Shown: piece by piece, positions 36,168-44,959 of the stretch
Numbering within the stretch: the first letter of the stretch is position 1
How the letters are laid out: each line of letters opens with the position of its first letter
DNA from: Pseudomonadota bacterium
Lineage (GTDB): Bacteria; Pseudomonadota; Alphaproteobacteria; Sphingomonadales; Sphingomonadaceae
Length of the DNA: 64,000 nucleotides
Assembly: GCA_021849075.1 (NCBI GenBank)
Contig: JAJZTH010000016.1
Location: forward strand, 1,505 to 65,504
Direction of reading: 5' to 3'
Notes under the pieces: generated by a model
Database searches by the model: none
What the model saw: the letters and a program-made list of their open reading frames with translations, nothing else
What the model was told of the DNA's origin: nothing
Position numbers and translations under genes: made by a program

Positions 36168-36862
36168 CCACCCTGTTCGAGCCGCAAGCGCCCGTGATCG
36201 CCGCCACCAGCGAGGGCAAGGGCTTTCCCGTCCGTCGCCTGTTCTGCATCGGCCGCAACTATGCCGCCCATGCCCGTGAAATGGGCAAGGACCCGGACCG
36301 TGAAGCGCCCTTCTTCTTCACCAAATGGGCCGAAACGGTCGTGCCGTCGGGCGCGACCATCGCCTATCCGCCGGAATCGGCGAACTTCCATTATGAGGCC
36401 GAACTGGTCGTCGCCGTCGCGAAGGGCGGCCGCAACATTGCGGAGGCCGACGCGCTGGACCATGTCTATGGCTATGCCACCGGCCTGGACATGACGCGCC
36501 GCGACCTTCAGTTCGAAGCGCGCGACAAGGGCCGCCCCTGGGACACCGGCAAGAATGTCGAACAATCCTCGCCGCTGGGCTTGATCCACGCCGCCAGCGA
36601 AATCGGCCATCCTGCGACCGGGCGCATCGCGCTGACCGTCAATGGGGATGTGAAGCAGGATGCCGATCTGGCTGACCTGATCTGGAGCGTGCCCGAAGTC
36701 ATCGCCTATGTCTCGCGCTTCTACCGGCTGGAACAGGGTGACCTCATCTACACCGGCACGCCGGCCGGCGTCGGCGCGGTGGTGACGGGCGACGCGATCG
36801 TCGTCAGCATCGATGGCCTGTCCGACTGCGTCGTCACCGTTGGGCCGAAGGCCGATGACTGA
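36164..36862 (+). CDS. Fumarylpyruvate hydrolase (FAH family)
   Basis: FCIGRNYAAHAREMG...HYEAELVVAV...GDLIYTGTPAGVG. GTGA overlap with the upstream stop. Confidence 0.85.
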   Translation: MTTLFEPQAPVIAATSEGKGFPVRRLFCIGRNYAAHAREMGKDPDREAPFFFTKWAETVVPSGATIAYPPESANFHYEAELVVAVAKGGRNIAEADALDHVYGYATGLDMTRRDLQFEARDKGRPWDTGKNVEQSSPLGLIHAASEIGHPATGRIALTVNGDVKQDADLADLIWSVPEVIAYVSRFYRLEQGDLIYTGTPAGVGAVVTGDAIVVSIDGLSDCVVTVGPKADD

Positions 36863-37490
36863 TCCGGTCCTTCACGGCTATTTCCGCTCGACCGCATCCT
36901 ATCGGGTGCGGATCGTGCTGAACCTGAAAGGCGTCGCCTATGCCGACGCCTTTCACCACCTGCGCAAGGGGGAACAGCGCGCGCCGGCCTATCTGGCGCT
37001 CAACCCGCAGGGGCTGTTGCCCGCACTCGAAATCGACGGCGCGGTGCTGACGCAGAGTCTCGCCATCTGCGAATATCTGGATGAAACGGTCGCCGGGCCG
37101 GCGCTGCTTCCTGTCGATCCGATCCGCCGGGCCAAAGTGCGGGCGGCGGCACAGGCCATCGCCTGCGACATTCATCCGATCCAGAATCTCAAAATTCTCG
37201 GCCGACTGCGCGGGCTGGGCCTGAATGACGATCAGGTGAATGGCTGGGCCGCGCAGGTGATCGATGAAGGGCTGGACGCCTTCGACCGGCTGATAGCCGG
37301 TGAAGAAGGGCCGTTCTGCTTCGGGGATCAGGTGACGCTGGCCGACATCTGTCTGGTGGCGCAACTGGTCAATGCCCGGCGTTTCGGCGTGGACCTGCGC
37401 TGGCCGCGTCTGGTGGCGGTGGAGCAAGCCTGCCTCGCGCTCGACGCCTTCAGCAAGGCCGCGCCGCAGAATCAGCCGGACGCCGAGTAA
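36855..37490 (+). CDS. Maleylpyruvate/maleylacetoacetate isomerase (zeta-class GST)
   Basis: LHGYFRSTASYRVRIVLNLKG...NPQGLLPALEIDG. 8-nt overlap with the upstream gene. Confidence 0.85.
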   Translation: MTDPVLHGYFRSTASYRVRIVLNLKGVAYADAFHHLRKGEQRAPAYLALNPQGLLPALEIDGAVLTQSLAICEYLDETVAGPALLPVDPIRRAKVRAAAQAIACDIHPIQNLKILGRLRGLGLNDDQVNGWAAQVIDEGLDAFDRLIAGEEGPFCFGDQVTLADICLVAQLVNARRFGVDLRWPRLVAVEQACLALDAFSKAAPQNQPDAE

Positions 37491-37514
37491 GAACAGGAAA
37501 AGAGAGGAGCCGCG

Positions 37515-39092
37515 ATGACCAGCCTTTCCCGTCGCAATCTGATGGGCGCCGCCGGCGCCGCCATGTTCTCGCAACTGTTCGCGCGCGGGGCATGGGGGCA
37601 AAGCGGGGGATCGCGGCCCAACCTCATCCTCTTCTATCCCGATGAAATGCGCGCGGATGCGCTGGCCTGCTATGGCAATCCGGTCACGCGCACGCCCAAT
37701 TTCGACCGGCTGGCGCGCAGCGGCACGCTGTTCCGCAACGCCCATGTCCAATATCCGGTCTGCGCGGCGTCGCGGTGCAGCCTGCTCACCGGCCTGCCTA
37801 CCAGCGCCACCGGCCATCGCGGCTTTTCCTATCTGATCCAGCCCAACGAACCCAATATGCTGGGGATGCTGCGGCAGGCGGGCTATGACACTTTCTTCTT
37901 CGGCAAGAATGACGTTCTCTCGCCCGAAGCCTTCGCCACCAGCCTGACCGGCTGGGCCGATCCGCCCGCGCCCGGCGCAGCGCCCGGCGATCATGCGCCC
38001 GGCGCGCGGCGTGGGGCCACTGGCGGTCCCGTCACCATGTTGCTGCCCGCCACTGGTGATCGGCGCGCGACCAGCGACTATGGCATCATCCAGCGCGCGA
38101 GGGAGATCATATCCCGAAAGGAAAGCGATCGGCCCTTCTGCCTGTTTCTGCCGATCTTTCAGCCGCATCCGCCCTATCGCGCGCCTGAGGGCTTTCATGA
38201 CATGTACAAGGCGGCCGACCTGCCGCCGCTGATTCCGCCGGGGTTGAAGGACAAGCCTGCCTTTCATGACGCGATCCGGCGCAAATATGGGCTGGATCAG
38301 GTCGATGACGCTGTGCTGCGTCAGGTGCGCGCCGTCTATTATGGGCAGGTGTCCTATGCCGACTGGCTGCTGGGCGAACTGATGGAGGCGCTGGAGAAAG
38401 CGGGGCGGGACAAGGATACCGCTTTGTTCGTCAGTTCCGACCATGGCGATTATGCCGGCGACTATGGCCTTGTCGAAAAATGGCATGGCGGTCTGGAAAG
38501 CTGCCTGACCCATGTGCCGTTGATCGGCAGGGTGCCGGGCGGCACGCCGGGCGTGGTGGCGCAGGACATGGTGGAGGCGTTCGACATCATGCCGACCTTT
38601 TTGTCGCTGGGCGGCGCCAGCGCGGCCCACACTCATTTCGCGCGCAGCCTGATGCCGCAATTGCACGGCCAGCCGGGCGATCCCGACCGCGCCGCCTTTA
38701 CCGAAGCGGGGATCAACATTTACGAACCGCAGGCGTTCGATACGCCATCGGGCGGTGTCTATCGCGCCAAGTCAGAACTGGCGGCGGAGCAGCCCGTGCT
38801 GGTCGGCCGGGCGGCGTCGGTGCGCACGCGGCGCTACACCTTCATCTCCCGTCCGCAGGGCCTGAGCGAACTTTATGATCGTCAGGCCGATCCGGGCGAA
38901 ACCCGCAACCTGTTCGGCGCGCGCAGCGTGGCGAAGGTGCAGGGGGACATGGAGCAGCGGCTGCTCAACTGGTATATCAACACGACCGGCGTGCCGCTCG
39001 ACACCCGCAACAGCCGCGACGTCCCCAATTTCACCGCGCCGCAAGCACCCCGGCCCGACAGCGCTGCGGCGGCGCGGGTGCTGGATTTATAG
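37515..39092 (+). CDS. Tat-exported sulfatase-family protein with a non-canonical C-A-A-S-R active-site motif
   Basis: MTSLSRRNLMGAAGAAMF Tat signal, LILFYPDEMRAD, then PVCAASRCSLLTGL where CxPxR is expected, and later SSDHGDY. Confidence 0.8.
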   Translation: MTSLSRRNLMGAAGAAMFSQLFARGAWGQSGGSRPNLILFYPDEMRADALACYGNPVTRTPNFDRLARSGTLFRNAHVQYPVCAASRCSLLTGLPTSATGHRGFSYLIQPNEPNMLGMLRQAGYDTFFFGKNDVLSPEAFATSLTGWADPPAPGAAPGDHAPGARRGATGGPVTMLLPATGDRRATSDYGIIQRAREIISRKESDRPFCLFLPIFQPHPPYRAPEGFHDMYKAADLPPLIPPGLKDKPAFHDAIRRKYGLDQVDDAVLRQVRAVYYGQVSYADWLLGELMEALEKAGRDKDTALFVSSDHGDYAGDYGLVEKWHGGLESCLTHVPLIGRVPGGTPGVVAQDMVEAFDIMPTFLSLGGASAAHTHFARSLMPQLHGQPGDPDRAAFTEAGINIYEPQAFDTPSGGVYRAKSELAAEQPVLVGRAASVRTRRYTFISRPQGLSELYDRQADPGETRNLFGARSVAKVQGDMEQRLLNWYINTTGVPLDTRNSRDVPNFTAPQAPRPDSAAAARVLDL

Positions 39093-39107
39093 AAGACTAG
39101 CTAACTT

Positions 39108-39196
39108 CCGTTCGGGCTGAGCCTGTCGAAGCCCTGCTCTTTTTTCAGGGCATTGAGCGGAGAAGTACAGCCCTTCGACAAGCTCAGGGCGAACGG
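39108..39196. repeat. Composite inverted pair of the CCGTTCG(SSS)CTGAGC(Y)TGTCGAAG(SSS) repeat
   Basis: Left arm ccgttcgggctgagcctgtcgaagccctg (39108-39136). The right arm reverse-complements to ccgttcgccctgagcttgtcgaagggctg (39168-39196). Confidence 0.8.
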
Positions 39197-39220
39197 AGTT
39201 TGAGTAATTCCGATTTTGGG

Positions 39221-39260
39221 AAAGGGGGCAGGCGTCGGATTGATGCCTGCCCCCCTTTTT
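39221..39260. terminator. Bidirectional intrinsic terminator between the convergent sulfatase and glpQ-like genes
   Basis: aaaGGGGGCAGGC-11 nt-GCCTGCCCCCcttttt, a perfect 10-bp stem. Confidence 0.8.
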
Positions 39261-39262
39261 CA

Positions 39263-40408
39263 TCAGGCCATCTGACCGATCGCCTGCTTGCCCAGCCCCG
39301 GATCGTCGGTGAAGAAGGCGTCCAGTCCGGCATCGAGATAGCGCCGCATTTCCGCGATGCTGCCGGCCGGATTGCGCGCCGCGTCGCCCTTGTCATCGCG
39401 GAAGTCGGCGGCGAGGAAGTGATTTTCCGGGCGGAACGTCCACACGCTGACCAGCAGGCCCGCCTTGTGTGCGGCCTCGACCAGACCCGTCGGCTGGGCC
39501 AGCCGCCCGTCCGCTCCCAACGGGATGATCATGCGCACCGGCGGCGCGAGCCATGTCGCATAGTCCGCCATCTCGGTCAGGCCCGCCGGGGTGAGCAGGT
39601 CGCCATAGCGGCGCGCAATGCCCTGCGCGGTGAAATCGGGCGGCGACTGGCGCGGATCGCCGACCAGCTGCATCAACTGCACATTGGCGCCGATCTTGGG
39701 CTTCAGAGCCTTTAAATTGCTGACCTCGAACGACTGGATGATCAACGGCGCGCGGGAGAGATAGGCGCTCCTGCCGATGCGGTCGATCAGCCGGCCTTCC
39801 TGCGGCAGGCCGATGCCGGCAAAATAGGTCGAATGCTTGATTTCAGGGATCAGGCCGATGGTGCGGCCGCGCGCCGCCGCTTCGGCGGCCACGAAATCGG
39901 CAATCTCCTCCAGCGACACGATCTGGAACTGACCGTCATAGCCGGCGCTCTCGGGGCGCATCGCGCCCAGTCTTTCCTTCGCCCGCAGCGTCTTCAACTC
40001 GGCAAAGGTGAAATCCTCGGTGAACCAGCCGGTCTGGCGCTCGCCATCGATCGTCTTTTCCGCCTTACGCGCGGCAAATTCCGGGCGCGCGGCGACGTCG
40101 GTGGTTTCGCTGATATTATTTTCGTGCCGGGCCACCAGCACGCCGTCCTTCGTCGCGACCAGATCCGGTTCAACGAAATCAGCGCCATCCTCGATCGCCT
40201 TGGCATAGGCGGCCAGCGTATGTTCGGGGCGCAGAGCGGAACTGCCGCGATGCGCGATCAGCAGCGGGCGCTTGCGCGCGCCGCCGGCCGGCTTGGTCGG
40301 AGCGGGGGCGGCCTCAGCCACCCCCGTCATACCCATGGTTGCGCCCAGCAGCGCAGCCGATCCCGTCATGCGGAGCAGGCTCCGCCGCGTGTGGGGCGCC
40401 TGCGTCAT
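39263..40408 (-). CDS. glpQ: Glycerophosphodiester phosphodiesterase (GlpQ-like), Tat signal
   Basis: MTQAPHTRRSLLRMTGSAALLGA, then LLIAHRGSSALRPEHTLAAY...FVEPDLVATKDGVLVARHEN. The ATG overlaps the upstream TBDR stop (TGATG). Confidence 0.85.
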   Translation of the reverse strand: MTQAPHTRRSLLRMTGSAALLGATMGMTGVAEAAPAPTKPAGGARKRPLLIAHRGSSALRPEHTLAAYAKAIEDGADFVEPDLVATKDGVLVARHENNISETTDVAARPEFAARKAEKTIDGERQTGWFTEDFTFAELKTLRAKERLGAMRPESAGYDGQFQIVSLEEIADFVAAEAAARGRTIGLIPEIKHSTYFAGIGLPQEGRLIDRIGRSAYLSRAPLIIQSFEVSNLKALKPKIGANVQLMQLVGDPRQSPPDFTAQGIARRYGDLLTPAGLTEMADYATWLAPPVRMIIPLGADGRLAQPTGLVEAAHKAGLLVSVWTFRPENHFLAADFRDDKGDAARNPAGSIAEMRRYLDAGLDAFFTDDPGLGKQAIGQMA

Positions 40409-42864
40409 CAGTAGATCACCGACAGGGTGGCGAACCACTGACGCGGGGCGATCGGATAGACATTGTAATTGTTCGTGTTGGCGCTGGCCTGCACGGTCGA
40501 TGCGCCCTTTTCATCGAACAGGTTGGTGACGTTCAGGCTGATCTCCGCCTTTTGCAGGCCGATCAGTTCGGGGGGCAGGCGATAGGCGATCCGCGCGCTT
40601 CCCAGGAAATAGGATTTGACCGAAGCGTCGTTGGTGAAAGTGGTGAAGCGGCGGCCGGCATAGTCGCCGATGAACTGGGCGTCGAAATCGCCGATGGTCA
40701 GCGTCGCGACGGTCTTGTTCATCCATTTCGGGCTGACCGGGATATTCTTTCCACCGGTCGGCACCACGCCGTCGACGGTCGCGATGCCGCCGATTCGCGT
40801 GCCGGTCGCTTCGCCGGTGCGGGTGCTGTAATCGCTGTCATAGATGGAGTTGTTGTAGGATAGCGCATTGTAGAGCGAGAAGGTCTTGCCAAAGCGCAGC
40901 GTCACCGCCGCGTCGACGCCATCGGTCTTCACGCCGCCCACGTTGAACACCGCCGGCGTGCCGCCGGAAATGCCGCCGCCGCCAATACCGCCGATCGCGC
41001 CGGCGGGCGTGATGCCCAGCAGGCGGTCGCTGAAGTCGACATGATAATAGTTTATCTGCGCGTCGATGCCGGTCAGGAAGCCGGTGTCGATCGGGCGGCT
41101 GGTGCGGAACCCGACTTCATAGGTCCATGCCGATTCCGGGCGGCCATTGTTCTTGAGGTTATCGAACGCCGCCTGGCTGCCGCTGCTCCACGGCGTCACG
41201 CCGCCGCCGCCATAGGGCTGGAACTGGCGCATATTCTTCTGGACGTTGACGTAGAGCTGTTCCTTGTCGGTCACGTTCCACTTGGCGCCGATCGCGGGCA
41301 GGAACCAGCGCTTGGTGTTGATCTCGCCCTCGGGCAGCGCGCTCGACGAACCGGGCAGCGATCCGATGATCGGCTGCACGGGGAAGGTGCCGCTGGCGAA
41401 TTGCAGGCTGGACTTGAAACCGCCCTGGATCAGCAGGCTGGGGGTCAGCTGCCAGGCGTCCTGCACATGGAATTGCACGACGTCGGTGCGCATCTCGCTG
41501 CCATATTGGGTGAACATGGGGTCGTGCGGCGGCAGTTCATAGGGGCTGTAATCGTTCGGCCGGGTGACGTCGAGCGCATACCAGTTCCGGTAGGCGGCCG
41601 AGCTGTTATGTTCGAACCAGAAACCGGCCTGGATCGTATGATCGCCGACCTGGGCATCCAGCGTAGAAATCACCCCGCCGCGATCGATGCGATATTCGGT
41701 GGTGCGGATCGCATAGCCCGAATTGCCGGTCGCTTCCTTCAGATTCTGGCCTGGGAAGTAGAGCGAGAACAAGGTGGGCAGGCCCGCCACGGTGATCGGC
41801 CCGGCGACAATGCCCGCACCCTTGTTATGATGATAATAGCCCTGGGTCGACCAATCGATCTTGTCGGTCAGATGCGCCTGATATTTGATATAGCCGAGGT
41901 AATCGGTGCGGATCGCCGCGCTATAGAAATTGCGGTAATTCTGTGCTTCTGCGGCCGGAACATTGCCGTTGGCGTCCAGATAGCCGATCGCCGCGTCGAA
42001 ATCGGGGTAGAGGAACGGGCGGGTATAGGGCTGATAGGCTTGCGCCGCATTGGTCGGGTTCTTGAAGACGGTGGTCGCGTCTTCATTCGGCTCCTGCTTG
42101 TCCGAATAGGCGAAATAGGCGGTCAGCTTGCCGTTGCTGTCGTCATGGACGAACTTGCCATTGGCCTGCCACCCCTTCTGGATGCCGCGGAAATCCCAGG
42201 CGCGGGCGCGCTGGCGCAGCACCGATACATAGCCGCTGTTGCCGCCGCCAAATTCGCCGCTGTCCAGGCGGACGAAGGTGCGCGACGTATCATAGCTGCC
42301 GATCGTCTGGTTTATCTGTGCGCCCATTTGCGCGCGCGGGTCGCTGGAGAAATTCTCGATCGCGCCGCCCAGATTGCTGGTCGATGCGATGCCCAGTTCC
42401 GCCGCGCCGGTGGCGACGACGACGCTGCCGACATTTTCGGAGATGATCGCGCGCTGCGGCGACAGGCCGTTGAAATTGCCATAGCTCTGGTCGCCCAGCG
42501 GTACGCCGTCCAGCGTGTGGCCCAGCTGCTGCGCGCTGAATCCGTGGATGAACAGCGATGCATTCTGTTCGTTATTGCCCCACGGATCGGCGGTCACATA
42601 CATGACGCCCGGCAGGGTCTGGATCGCCTTGAACGGCGCGACGCCCGGCAGGATTTTCTGGATTTCGGTGGTGGTGATGGCGGTGGCGGAACGGGTCGCC
42701 TTCACGCCGGTCACGATGATTTCGGAATTGCCGTTGACGGGCGCATCGATCTGCGCCGCAGCCTCTTCAGCAGGCGCCTGCGCCAGTGCAGGCGCGGCGA
42801 GGAAGACGGACAGGAGTGCGGCGCCGGCAAGCAGGCGGCCCCGCGAAAACGGGTGAGCGGTCAT
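40408..42864 (-). CDS. TonB-dependent receptor
   Basis: Signal peptide, EIIVTGVKATRSA plug region, and a C-terminal WFATLSVIY beta-signal. Confidence 0.9.
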   Translation of the reverse strand: MTAHPFSRGRLLAGAALLSVFLAAPALAQAPAEEAAAQIDAPVNGNSEIIVTGVKATRSATAITTTEIQKILPGVAPFKAIQTLPGVMYVTADPWGNNEQNASLFIHGFSAQQLGHTLDGVPLGDQSYGNFNGLSPQRAIISENVGSVVVATGAAELGIASTSNLGGAIENFSSDPRAQMGAQINQTIGSYDTSRTFVRLDSGEFGGGNSGYVSVLRQRARAWDFRGIQKGWQANGKFVHDDSNGKLTAYFAYSDKQEPNEDATTVFKNPTNAAQAYQPYTRPFLYPDFDAAIGYLDANGNVPAAEAQNYRNFYSAAIRTDYLGYIKYQAHLTDKIDWSTQGYYHHNKGAGIVAGPITVAGLPTLFSLYFPGQNLKEATGNSGYAIRTTEYRIDRGGVISTLDAQVGDHTIQAGFWFEHNSSAAYRNWYALDVTRPNDYSPYELPPHDPMFTQYGSEMRTDVVQFHVQDAWQLTPSLLIQGGFKSSLQFASGTFPVQPIIGSLPGSSSALPEGEINTKRWFLPAIGAKWNVTDKEQLYVNVQKNMRQFQPYGGGGVTPWSSGSQAAFDNLKNNGRPESAWTYEVGFRTSRPIDTGFLTGIDAQINYYHVDFSDRLLGITPAGAIGGIGGGGISGGTPAVFNVGGVKTDGVDAAVTLRFGKTFSLYNALSYNNSIYDSDYSTRTGEATGTRIGGIATVDGVVPTGGKNIPVSPKWMNKTVATLTIGDFDAQFIGDYAGRRFTTFTNDASVKSYFLGSARIAYRLPPELIGLQKAEISLNVTNLFDEKGASTVQASANTNNYNVYPIAPRQWFATLSVIY

Positions 42865-42948
42865 TATGATTTCCCCTAAATGGCGCGCTGGCTTGCGCGT
42901 TCGGGGCGACGCCTAGGCCGGTGTCGTGACGCTTTGTTGGCGCGACGC

Positions 42949-42965
42949 GGACAGTGTGATGACGG
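42949..42965 (-). promoter_or_regulatory. Pho-box-like direct repeat upstream of the TBDR-glpQ operon
   Basis: The minus strand reads CCGTCAT-CACA-CTGTCCG (7+4+7, 11-bp phasing), 85 nt upstream of the TBDR ATG and followed by an AT-rich stretch. Confidence 0.6.
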
Positions 42966-43067
42966 TAATATTTCCTATTTATTGCATATATTCAAAGGGG
43001 TTCGGCGCATGCAAAATCGCGTCTCGCAGCGCAGTCGCGAAACCTGGGGGCATGGCGATAGAGAGGT

Positions 43068-43144
43068 TGGCGACCCCGGCAGGATTCGAACCTGCGACCA
43101 TTCGCTTAGAAGGCGAATGCTCTATCCAACTGAGCTACGGGGCC
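43068..43144 (-). tRNA. tRNA-Arg (anticodon UCU)
   Basis: The reverse complement is GGCCCCGTAGCTCAGTTGGATAGAGCATTCGCCTTCTAAGCGAATGGTCGCAGGTTCGAATCCTGCCGGGGTCGCCA. It has a 7-bp acceptor stem (one G-U), an anticodon stem TTCGC/GCGAA with loop CTTCTAA, a GGTTCGAATCC T-arm and an encoded CCA. Confidence 0.93.
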
Positions 43145-43213
43145 GTGCGGGTGCCGCGATAGCGGGCGTTGCGGCTGCTTGCAATCGTCTGACCGCACGA
43201 TAAGCAGGATGAT

Positions 43214-43933
43214 ATGAGCGAAACGGGGCTGCACAGGATCGATGCGGGGGCGCTGGGGACGCGGCCACTGCGCTATTATGATTTCTTCATGGCGGCCTTT
43301 GTCGCCATATTGCTGCTGTCCAACCTGATCGGCGCGGCCAAGCTGGCGACATTGGGCGGCTTCACCTTTGGCGCGGGCATCCTCTTCTTTCCGCTCGGCT
43401 ATGTGCTGGGCGACGTGCTGACCGAAGTCTATGGCTATGCGCGCGCGCGCCGCTGCGTCTGGGTCGGCTTTGCCGCGATGCTGTTCATGGCGGTGATGAG
43501 CTGGGTCGTGGTCGCACTGCCCCCGGCGGACGGCTGGCCCGACCAGAAAGCCTATGAAGCCGTGTTCGGCAGCACCTGGCGCATCGTTTTCGCGTCGGTC
43601 TGCGCCTTCTGGGCCGGGGAGTTCGCCAACAGTTTCGTCCTCGCCAAGATGAAGCTGTGGACGCAGGGGCGGCATCTGTGGATGCGCACCATCGGGTCGA
43701 CGGTGGTGGGGCAGGGCGTCGACAGCCTGCTCTTCTACCCGCTCGCCTTCTACGGCAACTGGACCGATGCGCAGGTGCTGACGGTGATGGTCACGAACTG
43801 GGCGATGAAGGTCGGCTGGGAAGCGCTGTTGACGCCTGTCACCTATGCCATGGTCGCGTTCGTCAAGCGGCGCGAAGGGCTGGACATTTACGACGAAGCG
43901 ACGAATTTTACGCCGTTCAAGACCAGCCTTTAA
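43214..43933 (+). CDS. yhhQ: Queuosine-precursor transporter (YhhQ/VUT, DUF165)
   Basis: FPLGYVLGDVLTEVYGYARARR...FANSFVLAKMK... multi-TM pattern. Confidence 0.82.
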   Translation: MSETGLHRIDAGALGTRPLRYYDFFMAAFVAILLLSNLIGAAKLATLGGFTFGAGILFFPLGYVLGDVLTEVYGYARARRCVWVGFAAMLFMAVMSWVVVALPPADGWPDQKAYEAVFGSTWRIVFASVCAFWAGEFANSFVLAKMKLWTQGRHLWMRTIGSTVVGQGVDSLLFYPLAFYGNWTDAQVLTVMVTNWAMKVGWEALLTPVTYAMVAFVKRREGLDIYDEATNFTPFKTSL

Positions 43934-43996
43934 GAAATTTCGCGGTCGCAGGGTCGCGGTAAACCCCTGTTTACCATTGCCAAGCCATGTGGGGGC

Positions 43997-44959
43997 ATGA
44001 GCAGGCATTTGCATCGGCAATTTCTTCCATCCGCACAATGCGATACGCCTGCTACGGCGGGCAATGTCGTCGCACTGGATGGCACGATGGCGGCGGCCCT
44101 TTCGCTGGCGCAGCGCCGGTTCGAGGCGACCTTCCTGCATGCGCCAATCGGCATCGCCCATGTCGGACTGGACGGGGCGTTTCTGCTGGTCAATCCGCGT
44201 TTCTGCGCGATCAGCGGCTATGATGCCGACACGCTGATCCGCACCGGTTTTCAGCAGATCACCCATCCCGACGATCTCAATGCCGACGAAGCGCTGCTCG
44301 CGCGCCTCAACATGGGGGAGATACCGCGCTACTCCATGGAGAAGCGCTATATCCGGGCGGATGGCACGATCATCTGGGTCAAGCTGACGGTGGCGATGGT
44401 CCGGGATGATGGCGACCAGCCCGAATTCTACGTCGCCGTGGTCGAGGATCTGTCCGACCTGCGGCAGGCCAGTTTCGAAGCGGTGCATGATCCGTTGACC
44501 GGCCTGCTTAACCGTCGCGGCTTTGCCTGCCGGGCAAAGGATATGTTGGTCGACACCGCCCGCGCCGGGCGCAGCGCCAGCCTGTTGTTCCTCGATCTCG
44601 ACGGGTTCAAGCAACTGAATGACGGCATGGGCCATGCTGCGGGTGATGCCTGCCTGTCCGACGTCGCGCATTTGCTGAAGGATCAGACCCATCCCGGCGA
44701 CATCGTCGCGCGCATCGGCGGCGACGAATTTCTGCTCCTGATATCGGAGCGCGACGATCAGTCCGCCGCGGCGGTGGCGGAGGTGGTTCGCGAAAATCTG
44801 GCCGCCTATGGCATGGGCATCAGCGGCAGCTTTGGGCTGGTCACGGCCGACACGCCCGATCCGGCTGACCTCGACCGGCTGATCGCCTGCGCCGACGATG
44901 CGATGCGCGCGGCCAAGCGCGCCGGCAAGAATCAGGTCTGCGCCGCCGCCTTCATCTGA
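43997..44959 (+). CDS. PAS-domain diguanylate cyclase (GGDEF)
   Basis: PAS region ([20 protein letters not shown]...HPDD), then [12 protein letters not shown]...[15 protein letters not shown]...[10 protein letters not shown]. Confidence 0.88.
   Translation: MSRHLHRQFLPSAQCDTPATAGNVVALDGTMAAALSLAQRRFEATFLHAPIGIAHVGLDGAFLLVNPRFCAISGYDADTLIRTGFQQITHPDDLNADEALLARLNMGEIPRYSMEKRYIRADGTIIWVKLTVAMVRDDGDQPEFYVAVVEDLSDLRQASFEAVHDPLTGLLNRRGFACRAKDMLVDTARAGRSASLLFLDLDGFKQLNDGMGHAAGDACLSDVAHLLKDQTHPGDIVARIGGDEFLLLISERDDQSAAAVAEVVRENLAAYGMGISGSFGLVTADTPDPADLDRLIACADDAMRAAKRAGKNQVCAAAFI

Noticed and set aside
43145-43213. preQ1 riboswitch upstream of yhhQ
   Set aside because: There is only a weak CTGCTT/AAGCAG hairpin and no A-rich tail or conserved preQ1-I/II loop sequence that I can recognise. 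The spacer is only 69 nt and directly abuts the tRNA gene.
42865-43213. Genomic island integrated at tRNA-Arg
   Set aside because: There is no integrase, no direct repeat of the tRNA 3' end, and the flanking genes are ordinary chromosomal genes. The AT-rich patch is better explained as the Pho-regulated promoter region.
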